Shown here: piece after piece, positions 51,756 to 64,000 of the stretch
Numbering within the stretch: position 1 is the first letter of the stretch
Layout: the number at the start of each line of letters is the position of its first letter
Assembly: GCA_977017645.1 (NCBI GenBank)
Contig: OZ360220.1
Span: 144,894,001-144,958,000 of the forward strand
DNA length: 64,000 nt
From: Torpedo marmorata
Taxonomy: Eukaryota
Direction of reading: 5' to 3'
Notes under the pieces: model-generated
The model's database searches: none
What the model was told of the DNA's origin: nothing
Seen by the model: the letters and a program-made list of their open reading frames with translations, nothing else
Made by a program: the position numbers and the translations under genes

Positions 51756-54589
51756 AAGTTGTTATGCACAATTTAAATTCTCTTAAGTTGTTATGGACCC
51801 TAACCCTAATGACTTTGTGGTCAAGTCTGATATCACTTAATAGCCACACATGCACACAATTCCATAAAACAGGGATCAGGGCTAGATTAAGGAAAAGATG
51901 GTCATTCTAGTTATGCCCTTGACCTGGTTCTGAAAATTGAGATAACATCCAATATATGCTCCAGTGGCTTTGCAGCACAATACATTGTACAATGGTAGAA
52001 ATACAAGAAATGTGTTACTGAATCAAACATTCAAAAATGACAGAATATAATTAAAAATGTATAAACATTTACCTACATTTATTATGTGAACATAATTTAA
52101 AGTTCAAGGAATCTCCATGCTTTGTAGCAAACTACTTAACATACTACAGAATATATACTGAGAATAAAGGCTTTCAACCTATGGTTTCGAAGAGATCCAA
52201 ATGTTTTTGTGAGCTCAGATTTCTGTTTGTCTAGTGCTGCTATAGCATATCTTGGCTCTATGATCCTTTCATATAACACTGTCTTCTGTAACAATGGTAA
52301 AATATTTCCTCTGGGCATCTGACAGTCTTCATGAATTATAATAAATAATCACTGTGAACAAATCAATTTCTGCATTGAAGCACTTTATAAATTACTGATC
52401 GGGAAAAGACCATTGTATTAGAACAGTTATTACAATAACAAATCAATACGAAAAGTTCAGATATGAACACCTTATACCACTGATTTAAAAAATAGTTTAT
52501 CAGTGTGTGCAATTCCATTAAAGATTCATGTATGTATAATGAAGATTGTCTATGTAAACATGTCATAATGTAATTAAACCATCCTACTAGAGATGGCACT
52601 GTAGCCCTTTGTTTTTGTGCTTATACTGTAGAGAAAGTACTGTACAGTCAACTAATACTAAACTAATTAAAAAGCACAATTTTAAAATGTGTATTGTGTA
52701 CACTGGTCCAATTATGCACTGCTTCTCAAACCCACTCTATACGAAGAGTATACTTGGTCTAGACATCTCCCGCGTGCAACACCATGGGAGACCAACTAGT
52801 GTCTTGAAATGTTTTTACATTATATTTTCCCAATATGCATTTTAGGCAGAAAATGAACTGGTTTAAAACAGAATTGTGGCTGGTGGCCTGCAAGTAAATT
52901 CAATGCATGACAATGGCTTATGATAGACAAGAGCCAATTGTTTGTGATTGTCATAGGCAGAAAAGAGGTTGTCAAGACATTCATCTTGGAGCCAATAAAT
53001 AGATTATCAGACTGATGGAACATAGGCGATTCTCTCTTCTCACCCCTCTTCAGGTGATAAAAATAATTAGAATTCTGCACCAGCATGTTCAGAACCAGCT
53101 TGGGCTTTCTTCAGAAGTACTTACCCAGTATGAAAGATCTTCTTTGATCTGAGGTGTGATATGCTCCTTGGAGAGGTATTTTTGTTGCGAGCTCTCTTTA
53201 GTTTATGAATTCATTGAGCCCAGTTGTATTTCCACAGCATGGCAGTGAGGCAAACCTTTGTAAACATTTGTGCAAGATCTATATAAAATAGACCTGCAAA
53301 AATGTAACTTCATAATTTTTAAAATGAAAAATTAGGAAGTGTGACTTCTGCTCAGTCTAAGTACCTTTCTGACTTTGTGGCTAATGTAATGACTCAAAAT
53401 TATCTTCGAGATCTCAGTGTTCGATCTGTGATGATAATATGTCTGTCTAATTTTTCAATGTTCAATGTTTTGTTGCGTGTTACGCTTGGAGATATCATTC
53501 TTCATTAAAGTTGAGTGTTCAGCTGATCCAAAAGATCCCTTGCACAATTTGAAGAAAAGGCAAACTCCCCTAGCTTCTTGAGTGAGAATTTTTTTTCGAA
53601 GAGGTGGCTAGAGGATTTAGGACCCATTTCATGTTGCAATGTAAATCTCTTCCATTACAAGACATTCCCAAAGAAAGTGGTTCTTTAAGTCATTGCTACA
53701 CTTTCAATTTGCTAACAGTTTAAGTCATGGTGCATGAAGGATTTTGGAACATAAGAATGAAATGGACTCTATACTTTTGGTATTTTACCACCGATGTCTC
53801 ACGCATAAATTTTTGCCAGGCATACTGATGGATATTGCCAGCTGCTACAGTTAACACTGTGCTCATCTACATGCAGTTGGGATCCCTGTTCCTCTCGGAT
53901 AAGCTTCACTGACATATTATAGATTTCTTTCATACCAACATATCTATGACTCCACTACCAACTAGTTTTCACTTTTCACTAAGCAAAACCATGTGAAAGC
54001 AAAATCAGTGTTTACCCTGTTAAATAATTCAATCCAAATTTGACTTGCAGCAGTGTACTGCTAACTGAATTTGAAGAGCCAATTGTAAACGAAAATTTTT
54101 TTAAAACTCCAAACACGGCAAGTCCGAAATAAAAACAGAAAATATTGATCGGGCAGCACCTGTGAAGAGAGAAGCAGAGTTAATGTTTCAAGCCAAAGGA
54201 TCGTCAGCCTGAAAAGTTAACTATTGCTGAATGTTTACAGCATTTTCCAGTTTTATTTGAGCCAAATTGCAACCTGGGAATCAGCAGTTATTAACTGAAA
54301 AAAAACCCAGAAAATTTTTTTAAAAATGGTTTCCAATTTCTTTCCATGAAGAGTTGCGCTAGTTCCAAGGTATACTTGACCACAACTTTGGTTGTCACTT
54401 TGTGAATTAGTTCTGTTCCATTGATTTGTATCATGCAAGGTGACAGCACAGGTGATGGGAATATTTAACATTTTCATTTTGGGCATATGGCATCAATATT
54501 GATATGGACAGATGTAAACTTAAACTCTATTCTTGGTTTTAACCCCAGCCACAATGAAACATTCACCATTGTACCAATGTCTTTGTAGA

Positions 54590-54835
54590 GTTTAGACATA
54601 CAGCACGATAACAGGCCTTTTCGGCCCACGAGCCCATGCCGCCCAATTACACCCAATTGACCTACAACCCCCGGTACGTTTTGAACGGTGGGAGAATACT
54701 GGAGCACCCACCCAGAGGAACCCCACGCAGACACGGGGAGAATGTAAAAACTCCTTACAGACGGCGCCAGATTAGTACCCCAGTCGTTGGCGCTGTAACA
54801 GCATTGCGCTAACCGCTATGCTAACTGTGCCACCC
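54590..54835 (-). mobile_element. V-SINE (HE1-like) copy
   Basis: Reverse-complement match to 50929-51170. Confidence 0.88.
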
Positions 54836-56113
54836 AATGAATTTCTCTCAATGAATTCCAGTATAGCACATGCTTGTGGCAAATGTGGAGCCATACTCAG
54901 TAAAAGAAAAAAGGTTCAGACTAATAACAAGATGATGATTTTGATCAACTATATCCTGATTGAATTTGAATTTGAATACAAGTAATGAGAGAGCAATTCT
55001 CTGCACCATCCAGTTCTTGGCACTTATTTCTTTTCTTCTTGAAGACAAAGGCAGCAATTTAGATCAACATCTACTACTGAAAAAAACCAAATGCATAATG
55101 GATCTGTGAGACTTAACCAAGAGGGAACAAGAATCTCAACTACTTGCAAACAAGCAGAATGTTTACTGCAGCGGCTAGTGACTCCATCAGCATGTCTGGC
55201 ATAAATTTGTGCATGAAACATCTATGGCATACATGCAAGTCAGAGTAAGTGCACTCCAGCTAACTCTGGTAAATACCAAGTATTCTGAATCCCTATAGAA
55301 AATTACTCCACTCACATGTGCCACCATTTGCTCCTGTGGAATATGGGTGGCTGAATAGAACAGAGAAGATAGTAATCAACAGAGAAGATAGTAATCAACC
55401 CTTCACCTAGCCCCAGGGCAGAAATATCGATCCAACTTAAATGTACGCAAGGGAGAATATACTCCATGTACTGTTTTCACTCATTGTTAGCAGACCATCT
55501 TCTCAGAAAATATTCTTGACTTTTAATGGAAACTCAAATAAAACCCTCATTTATGTGAGCAGCTGCTATCTCTGCCAAAACAACAGAAGAGAACAGAACA
55601 TGAGAGGGTTTTTACTCTCTTCAACCTGAGGCATGTAATATTACAATACAGCTTGGGGAATTCAGCACACAAAGTCTCATGATTCAATTTAGAGAGTAGG
55701 TTTAGGGTTAGTAGCAAGCATAATTATCAGCTAGACAATGTAAAAAATTATACTGAACTACACAAGGTTTGAGAGCACATTCATATTAATCTTTGGAATT
55801 GGGTAACAAATTCACTTGAATAGCATAGAGACAAAACTAGATAGTTCAACACTGAAAGATTCCAATGATCAGGCAACAATCATAATTCTGAAACAACAAT
55901 CATAATTCTGAAACAATGCTTCACTTTCCTGTGTAGATCCAAGATATTTTTCCAGTCGAGCAATCACCTGCTTTCATTGCATCCAGACAAATGGCTCAGT
56001 CCCACTTTATTGTAAGCAACCAGAAACATTTGAAGCAGGACTCCACAGTGAATATACAAGATGCCCAAATTAATCACAACACAACAATTAAATGAGGCAA
56101 TCAAGGCCCTTAC

Positions 56114-56297
56114 CTTTTCATTCTTGGTTTAAGCTTCCTCTTCTGCTCATTGGCCATTATTGTGCCACTCAGCTTCTGTGGTGCATCTCGGAGTCCAAAG
56201 CTCTTGGCAGCGTGTCCAAGGTGAAGAGATTTCACATGGAAAATCTGCTTTAGATTTGCTGGATACGTGGCATATGCTCGAATGAATGATACCAAAG
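56114..56297 (-). CDS. ddx31: DEAD-box RNA helicase DDX31, penultimate coding exon
   Basis: [40 protein letters not shown] resembles the DDX31/Dbp7 C-terminal extension; acceptor ttcttcag|CT, donor AAAG|GTAAGG; synteny with BARHL1. Confidence 0.93.
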
Positions 56298-57089
56298 CTG
56301 AAGAACGTTTTAAAAAAGTCATTAGAAATTAGTCACATGATGGTAAATTCATACTACAGTAGTATGATATTTCTTTATTTCTGCCCAGTAACCTCCTGAG
56401 CAATGAAAACAAACTTTTCAAAAACTGAAATATCATTTCATCAGGTATTAGTTATTGCTGGAATGTAAATAAACATTTTGCTTTAAAACAGTCTGCAGTA
56501 CACCATTTTGAACATTATAAATGTAAATGATAAATGAAGGCAAGTGATTTATAATAGCAATATTAAGAAAAAAATACTTTAAGAGAATGGAGGATTTTAA
56601 AATGGGAAATGGATTTTATATGCATGTCTGGGTCTAAAACGTCTCTGTTCAACCTGTGCTATGTCTGGATTTCCTAAAGCAGGAGAAAACACCAATTGTA
56701 GGAAATCAAGTAGCTCCTAATTATACAGGAATCTTATTCCACAAGTGAACACTGAAACAACAAGGTAAAGGCTGGGAAAACAAAGTGAATAGAAATCCAG
56801 CAGCATGTTTCTTTTAAGAAGATTTTAAAAATAAAATTACTTCAATTTTTCAACCATTTCCTTTTGGCATGCCCTGCAGTCAAAGATCAATGGGAAGTCT
56901 GCTCACTTTGCCCCAACAATGCACGGGCTGAAATCCTTTGCAGTACAGAACTACCCATAGGATGCAGTGTTCAGATTCCACAAGGCAGAAGTCATAAATC
57001 TTGAATGAATGGATATTGGAAACTGGAAGCAACACCAAATGTTGCCAAGTAATTTACTTCTAAAAAATGATTTGCTAGAGGAACACAGT

Positions 57090-59556
57090 GCTGCACAGAC
57101 GTGACGATCATGTCCCAGTCCTGCTCCCCCGACCTGAAACATCTGGCGATCAAGTGTCGCCCATTCTATCTGCTGAGGGAGTTCACCGCCATCATCCTGG
57201 TCGCAGTGTACATTCCGCCCCAGGCTAACGTCAGGCTGGCACTGGAGGGACTGAGCATTGTGATAAACAGCCATGCGACAGCACATCCTGATGCCTTCCC
57301 GATCATTGTGGGAGAGTTCAATCAGGTCAATCTGAAGAAGTCACTGACAAACTACCACCAATACATCACATGCGAGAACAGGGGAACCAACACACTCGAC
57401 CACTGCTACACCACCGTGAAGAGCACATACCGAGCCATACCACGACCGCACTTCGGCTGTACTTCTACTCCCGGCGTACAAGCAGAGACTGAAGACCACA
57501 GCACCAGTGGTGAGGACGGCGAAAATATGGTCGAGGGGGGCGGAGGAGCGTCTGCAGGACTGCTTTGAATCGGTGGACTGGAACATATTCAAGCATTCAT
57601 CCATAGACCTAAATGAATATGCAACAGGCGTCACCGACTTCATCAAGACCTGCGTGGATGAGTGTGTGCCCACGCGCAAATACCGGGTGTTCCCCAACCA
57701 GAAGCCCTGGATGAATCAGAGAATTCGCAAACTGCTGAGGGTGAGAACAAGGGCGTTTAAGGCCGGGGACCAGGATCTTTACAAGAAGTCCAGGCACAAC
57801 CTGCGGAAGGCCATCTCTGAAGCAAAGTGGCAATTCCGGAGGAAGCTAGAGACAGAGACATCTATGGCAGGGAGTGCAGGCCACTACAGCCTACAAAGCG
57901 AGGGCGAACACTATAGACGGCTGTGATGCTTCACTACACGATGAGCTGAACACCTTCTATGCCCGCTTTGAGAAGAAGAACAAAACAGTGCCCACTAGAA
58001 TCCCTGAAAAGGCTGAGGACCCTGTGATATCTGTCTCTGAGGGCGACATCAGAACATCATTCAAGAGGGTGAACAGGCCCTGACGGCGTACCTGGCAGGG
58101 TACTGAAAATCTGCGCCAACCAATTAGCCGGAGTGTTCACCGACATTCTCAACCTCTCATTGCGGCAGTCAGAGGTTGCCACCTGCTTCAAAAGGGCATC
58201 AATCATCCCAGTACCCAAGAAGAGTAGTGTGGGCTGCCTCAACGACTACCGCCCAGTAGCACTAACTTCTACTGTGATGAAATGCTTTGAGAGGCTGGTC
58301 ATGGCCAGAATTTACACGTACCTAAGCAAAGATCTGGACCCAGTGCAATTCGCCTATCGTCACAATCGCTCCACAGCAGATGCAATATCGCTGGCTCTCC
58401 ACTCAGCTCTTGATCACCTCGAAAACAGCAATTCATACATACGGCTGCTCTTCATCGACTACAGCTCGGCCTTCAATACCATTATTCCCTCAGTGCTAGT
58501 CAAGATGCTACAAACTCTGGGCCTCTGTACCCCACTCTGCAACTGGATCCTTGACTTTCTCATCGGAAGACCACAGTCAGTACGAATTGGAAACAACGTC
58601 TCCTCCTCACTGATTATCAACACAGGCGCACCCCAAGGATGCGTGCTTAGACAACTGCTCTACTCGTTATACACCCATGACTGTGTGGCCAGGCACAATT
58701 CCAATGCCATCTACAAGTTTGCCGATGACACCACAGTTGTCGGCAGAATCACAAACGGCAATGAGGAAGCGTACAGGAGGGAGATAGATCAGCTCGTTGA
58801 ATGGTGTGACGACAACAACCTTGAGCTCAACATCAACAAAACCAAGGAGATGATCGTGGACTTCAGGAGGAAGTCAGGGGAACATAACCCAGTCCTCATC
58901 GAGGGCTCAGTAGTGGAGAGGGTCAAGAACTTCAAATTCCTGGGTGTCAACATCTCCGAGGATCTGTCCTGGAACATCCACGTTGATGCAATCACAAAGA
59001 AGGCTCGTCAGCGGCTATACTTTGTGAGGTGTCTGAGGAGATTCGGTATGTCACCGAAGACTCTCGTAAACTTCTACAGGTGTACCTTGGCGAGCATTCT
59101 GGCTGGTTGCATCACTGCCTGGTATGGAGGCGCCAACTCTTAGGACAAGAGTAAACTCCAGAGGGTTGTTAACTCGGCCTGTGACATCACAGGCACCAAA
59201 CTTCACTCCATCGAGGACATCTACATGAGGCGGTGTCTTTAAAAAAGCAGCCTCTATCCTCAAGGACCCCCACCACCCAGGCCATGCCCTCTTCACTCTG
59301 CTTCCATCGGGAAAAAGGTACAGGAGCCTAAAGACGAGCACTCAACGGCACAAGGACAGCTTCTTCCCTGCTGCCATCAGATTCCTGAATAATCAATGAA
59401 CCAAAGACACTGCCTTACTTTTCGTGCACTATTATTTATAATTTTTTTATAGTAATGTCGTAAAGATGGTTATAATATGAATGTTAATTGCACTATGATG
59501 CTGCCGCAAAACACCGTATTTTGTGACTTGTTCATGACAATAAATTCTGATTCTGA
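57090..59556 (+). mobile_element. Rex1/Babar-clade LINE, 5'-truncated and frameshifted
   Basis: APE end (CRPFYLLREF, TLDHCY); [25 protein letters not shown]; AATAAATTCTGATTCTGA tail. Confidence 0.93.
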
Positions 59557-59887
59557 TACTGAAAATGATACCAGTTACAACCAATAGGTAGGAACAATGC
59601 TTCTTGGCATTTTTATTTAAACTACATCTGGGCTGATGCGGTGGAGGTCTTAGATTTTATAAAGTGACCAAATGGTTAGGACACTGAATGAAGATGGTCG
59701 TGGAAATGGAATACGTGAATGAAAAAGGAAGAAAGGTCTGCACTTGTACACCAAAGTTCATAACTTCAGATCATTCTAAATAATTCACTGGCATTATAAT
59801 CTGGGTAGCCATTATAATGTAGGAAAGACGGCAGACAACAAATTGTGTGGATAATGGCACATCAAATTAATGGCAAAAAGGTGGTGG

Positions 59888-61350
59888 TGTAGCCGACTGC
59901 TACGAAGAAACACACACACGCAGTGTGGAAGGTTAAACTCTCTGCTTTATTGAGGCTGGAAATGCTTCTTTTATACAACTGGAGTTCCCGCCGTTTGGTT
60001 GATTGGTTGACATCAGCCGCATGAATAACAATAGTGGGCGGGAACGTTCTTGCATATGAATACCCTTCTTCCCCAGCTGGTATTGATCTGTTAGCTGGGC
60101 AGCTTGGCCAGTGCTATTTTAGGGCTGCTGGTCTTGTACTGCTCCAGCTTTCAACCGTGCCGGTTCGCTATGGTAAGGGTCGCGTTACAGTGTGTTATGC
60201 CGCGGTTTACTACCGCGCGCGCCGCGCGATGTGCCGGCTCGATCTCCGCGGTGGCGGGCCGCCACATGACCCCCCCCAGAACCGGCGCTACAGTTCAGTG
60301 CCCATGGATGCAGTCCCCAATGTCTTTGGTGGTCTGCCTCTGCGCCGAGGGGCTGGCGTCTCCACGGGTTGTGTCGGGTCCGTGTGTGCCGGCTTGAGCC
60401 TGTCTGCGGTGAAGACCTCTGGTTTGCCACCGATGTCCAGTTCGAAGATGGCCCCGTTGTTCCGGACGACTCGGAAGGGGCCTTCGTAGGGCTTCTGTAG
60501 CGGTGGACGGTGTGGCCCTCTGCGTACAAACACATACTCACAGTCTTGGAGTTCTTTAGGGATGTTGAACTTGGCTTGCCCGTGTCTGGAGGGTGGAATT
60601 AGAGCCAGGTTACCGACCTTTTCCCGCAGCCTGTCCAGGAAGGTGGTTGTATCCTCCTGTTGACCTCTGGCCGGTGGGACGAAATCCCCGGGGACCATGA
60701 GTGGAGCTCCGTAGACGAGCTCGGCGGAGGATGTGTGGAGGTCTTCCTTCGGGGCTGTACGAATCCACAGCAGTGACCATGGCAGTTCGACAACCCAGTT
60801 GGGGCCCTTGTATCTGGTCATAAGGGTGGCCTTGAGGTGCCTGTGGAAGCGCTCAACCAGCCCTTTAGACTGCGGGTGGTATGCTGTTGTGTGGTGTAGC
60901 TGAGCGCCCCACAGGTTGGCAACGTCGGTCCACAGGCTGGAGGTAAATTGTGCGCCTCTGTCGGAGGTTACTAATTGTAGCCGACTGCTACGAAGAAACA
61001 CACACACGCAGTGTGGAAGGTTAAGCTCTCTGCTTTATTGAGGCTGGAAATGCTTCTTTTATACATTTGGAGTTCCCGCCGTTTGGTTGACATCAGCCGC
61101 ATGAATAACAATAGCGGGCGGGAACGTTCTTGCATATGAATACCCTTCTTCCCCAGCCTGGTATTGATCTGTTAGCTGGGCAGCTTGGCCAGTGCTATTT
61201 TAGGGCTGCTGGTCTTGTATTGCTCCAGCTTTCAACCGCGCCGGTTCGCTATGCTAAGGGTCGCGTGTGCTAAGTGTGTTATGCCGCTGTTTACTACCGT
61301 GCGCGCCGCACGATGTGCCAGCTCGATCTCCGCGGTGGCGGGCCGCCACA
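59888..61350 (-). mobile_element. Internally deleted Gypsy element (two LTRs plus integrase C-terminal half)
   Basis: LTRs 59888-60266 and 60976-61350; GTGG TSD; G-rich PPT; SDRGAQFTS, YHPQSKGLVERFH, PYEGPF. Confidence 0.95.
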
Positions 61351-62314
61351 GTGGTTGAATTAATGGAATGTATACAAGATTGCTTTCTGGGTCAATATGT
61401 TGAAAAATCAACTGGGGGAAAAGGCCTTTTAGATCGTATTTAGTGCATTGTGAAAGGGTTAATAGATAATCGTGTAGTGAAGATTGGTTTACAGAAAACT
61501 GACCACTATGTTATAGAATTTTACATTGAGTTTAAAAGTGATATAGTTCAATCCAAAACTAGGGTCGTAAATCTAATCAAAGGAAACTAACAAGGTATTA
61601 AGGGAAAATTGGCCGCAGTTGATGGAGAAAATACATTGGAAATTATGACACTGGACAGCAACACCTGGCAGTTATATCATGCATAATTTGGAGGTAAAAA
61701 ATGCTTCTTTAAGGCATAAAATCCAAACAGGAAAAATGGCTCACCTGTGATAGGGAAAATTAAGGGTAGTGTTAAGTTCAAGGAAGAGGCTTATGAAAAT
61801 GACAACAATTAACTCGAGGATTGGGAACACTCTGGAACTTAGTGAAGCTTTTAAAAGGAAAAAGGTCAACACTGGAATATAATTTACAGTTTTGGTCACC
61901 TTACATAAAAGGATGCATGTACATGCACAAAGGGGAAAATGTGCACTGTACAGCATGTGAATCCTTGAAGCTGGATATATTCAAATGCTGTGTCAGAAGA
62001 AAACTCTGTCTTATTTTTTTTAATATCCAAAATTCAAAATTAAGTGTTTGAATATTCCACAGTCCAGGCAGCAAATCTCCCAATTCACGAGTATAGGTAT
62101 TGCACGTACCAAACACAATTGGGAGTGACAGGGAAATACTGTGAGTGGAAGAACTATAAAATGTCTGCCTCTGAGTTCCTCCTTAAAGGGAGAGACCTAC
62201 ACTGAACAGAAATGTACCCAATATCTACAGTCATGAATTTGCAAAGCACAGAAATGGTCCCTTTGGCTCATTGTGTCCATACAGACTTTTTTGCTAATCT
62301 ATACTAATCCCATT

Positions 62315-62905
62315 GATAATAATGACAATAATTGTACAATGTACATTCGCACCAACATTCTTCCTTGCTGTAACCAAACAGAGACTTGTACAAAAGAACT
62401 ATAAGGTAAAGGTTCCATTATTGTCACGTAATACTACATTTAGAATGTAACATACATGAAATTCTTTAATTTTTGTCTACCGTAAGGCACACAGAGAGTC
62501 GCTTCTTTGACCAGCGCCAATAGCAAACTAATTTAATTAGGTTAAAAGAGACAATAAATACATAAGATAGATAGATAATAAATATTCACAGTAATCCTCA
62601 TGCAAAAGAAAAGTGACTTGCAAGAGTGCAGGCAGTCCTTTTGTGCTGTCTATGATTAATGTACCAAGGGGATGTTCAAAAGTCTGATAGTTGTTACAAA
62701 TACTCCGTTCTGAACCCAGAGGTGCTGTTTTTCAGGCTTCTGTACCTTCTGCCTGAAGGTAGCGGTGAGAATAGTTTGTGACCAGGGTGATGAGTGTCCT
62801 TTAGGACGTTGGCTGCCTTCTTGAGGCAGCACCTCACATAGATGTTTGTAATGGTTGAGGTCAGAGCCTGTGATGGTCCTGGCTATGTTTGCTACCTTCT
62901 GTGTT
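62315..62905 (-). mobile_element. Old Rex1-like 3' fragment with a nested short repeat (~62400-62518)
   Basis: Degenerate similarity to the C-terminal region and 3' UTR of the other Rex1 copies. Confidence 0.65.
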
Positions 62906-62934
62906 CCTGGGCCCATTTTCCTGCATATTCTTCT

Positions 62935-63392
62935 ATGCCTTGCCTATTTTAAACATTTTTCCTGATGACTCTTGAAGATAGTGACTGTATCCAACTCTGT
63001 CACCTCCTCTGGTAGTGAGTTCCACTCACTCACTGTGATAAAAAAAACTTTTCCCCTAAATCTCCTTTAAAACTCCTTCCTTTCACCTTAAACCTGTGCC
63101 TCTTGTTTTTGATACCCCTATCTTCGGAAACTGACCATCCACTGTATCTAGGCCTCTTATTATATACTTCTATCAGGTCATCCTTCAGCCTCCTTTGCAT
63201 CAGGGAAAACAAAACGACCATATCCCATCTTGCTCCATAACTAAATCTCTTCAATCCTTCCCCATAACTAAAGCCCTCCAATCCAGGCAACATCCTGGTG
63301 AATCTCCTCTGAACTCCCTCCAGCACAACCACATCCTTTGAATAGTGTGGTGATCAGAACTGCACACAATACTCCAAGTGTGGTCTAACCAC
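62935..63392 (-). mobile_element. Older CR1 3' fragment
   Basis: VLEGVQRRFTRMLPGL...DLIEVY. Confidence 0.85.
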
Positions 63393-63519
63393 TTGGAACA
63401 CTGTGTGCACTAAAACTGAAAATCAAGTCCAAACCATTGTAAAAATACAACCATCCAAAATATCATAAACAAAGCTGAAAATTGAGTATCCCTCTGAATG
63501 CGAAATGGATCAATTAAAA

Positions 63520-63730
63520 AAATAATTTAGACATACAGCAATGTAACAGGCCAATTCGGCTCTACCGCCCAACTTCCACCCCATTTTTGAAGAGTGGGAC
63601 AAAACCGGAGCCCCCAGAGAAAACCCACGCAGACACGGGGAGAACGTACAAACTCCTTACAGACAGTGCGGGATTTGAACCTCGGCCCAGTCCCGATCGC
63701 TGGCGCTGTAAAGGCGTTGCGCTAACCGCC
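63520..63730 (-). mobile_element. V-SINE (HE1-like) copy
   Basis: Same family as 50929-51170. Confidence 0.85.
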
Positions 63731-64000
63731 TGTTTAAGAGAGCAACACAGAACTACAAACTAACTAGCTTGTTCAAAATCAAGTCTAAATGGTAGACTTA
63801 GAGAACACAATTAACAAAAAAAGATCGACTATAGCCACAGGCATTTTCTACTGTGCAGAACTTCAGATGAATACCTGTTTGCACAAAGTTTAAGTAGAAT
63901 TCAGTGAGAGTAGCAGCACATCAGTGTTTATGAACAGTAATAAAATGTGTCATTTTATGGATTTGTGGCTGACAGGACCCAGGGAATATTTTAAAGCTTT

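Noticed and set aside
55358-55916. Two 19-20-bp tandem duplications
   Set aside because: Ordinary slippage events with no sign of function.

Overview
Vertebrate genomic DNA, not prokaryotic. The repeat set (HE1/V-SINE-like SINEs, HER1/CR1 LINEs, Rex1, Penelope-like elements) points to a cartilaginous fish, probably a ray; the taxon is inference. The window holds the complete three-exon homeobox gene barhl1 on + (CDS 11209-11659, 16136-16358, 20908-21199; 321 aa, two eh1/FIL motifs plus a BarH homeodomain). Converging on it from the - strand are the last two coding exons of the DEAD-box helicase ddx31 (56297-56114 and 35204-35054), which matches the human BARHL1-DDX31 neighbourhood. barhl1 sits in a CpG-retaining, almost transposon-free domain (~9-26 kb) with several enhancer-like blocks, and more such blocks lie inside the 21-kb last ddx31 intron. 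The rest is mostly decayed retroelements. The most notable structures are: minimal hammerhead-ribozyme motifs in Penelope-like element termini and in palindromic derivatives of them; a Gypsy insertion with a permuted three-LTR layout inside one TSD; a Gypsy element deleted by PBS/integrase microhomology; a composite hAT MITE; and a perfect 21-bp minisatellite next to the homeobox exon. I found no clearly new protein-coding system. All family assignments come from recalled motifs, not database searches, and repeat boundaries are approximate unless a TSD is given.
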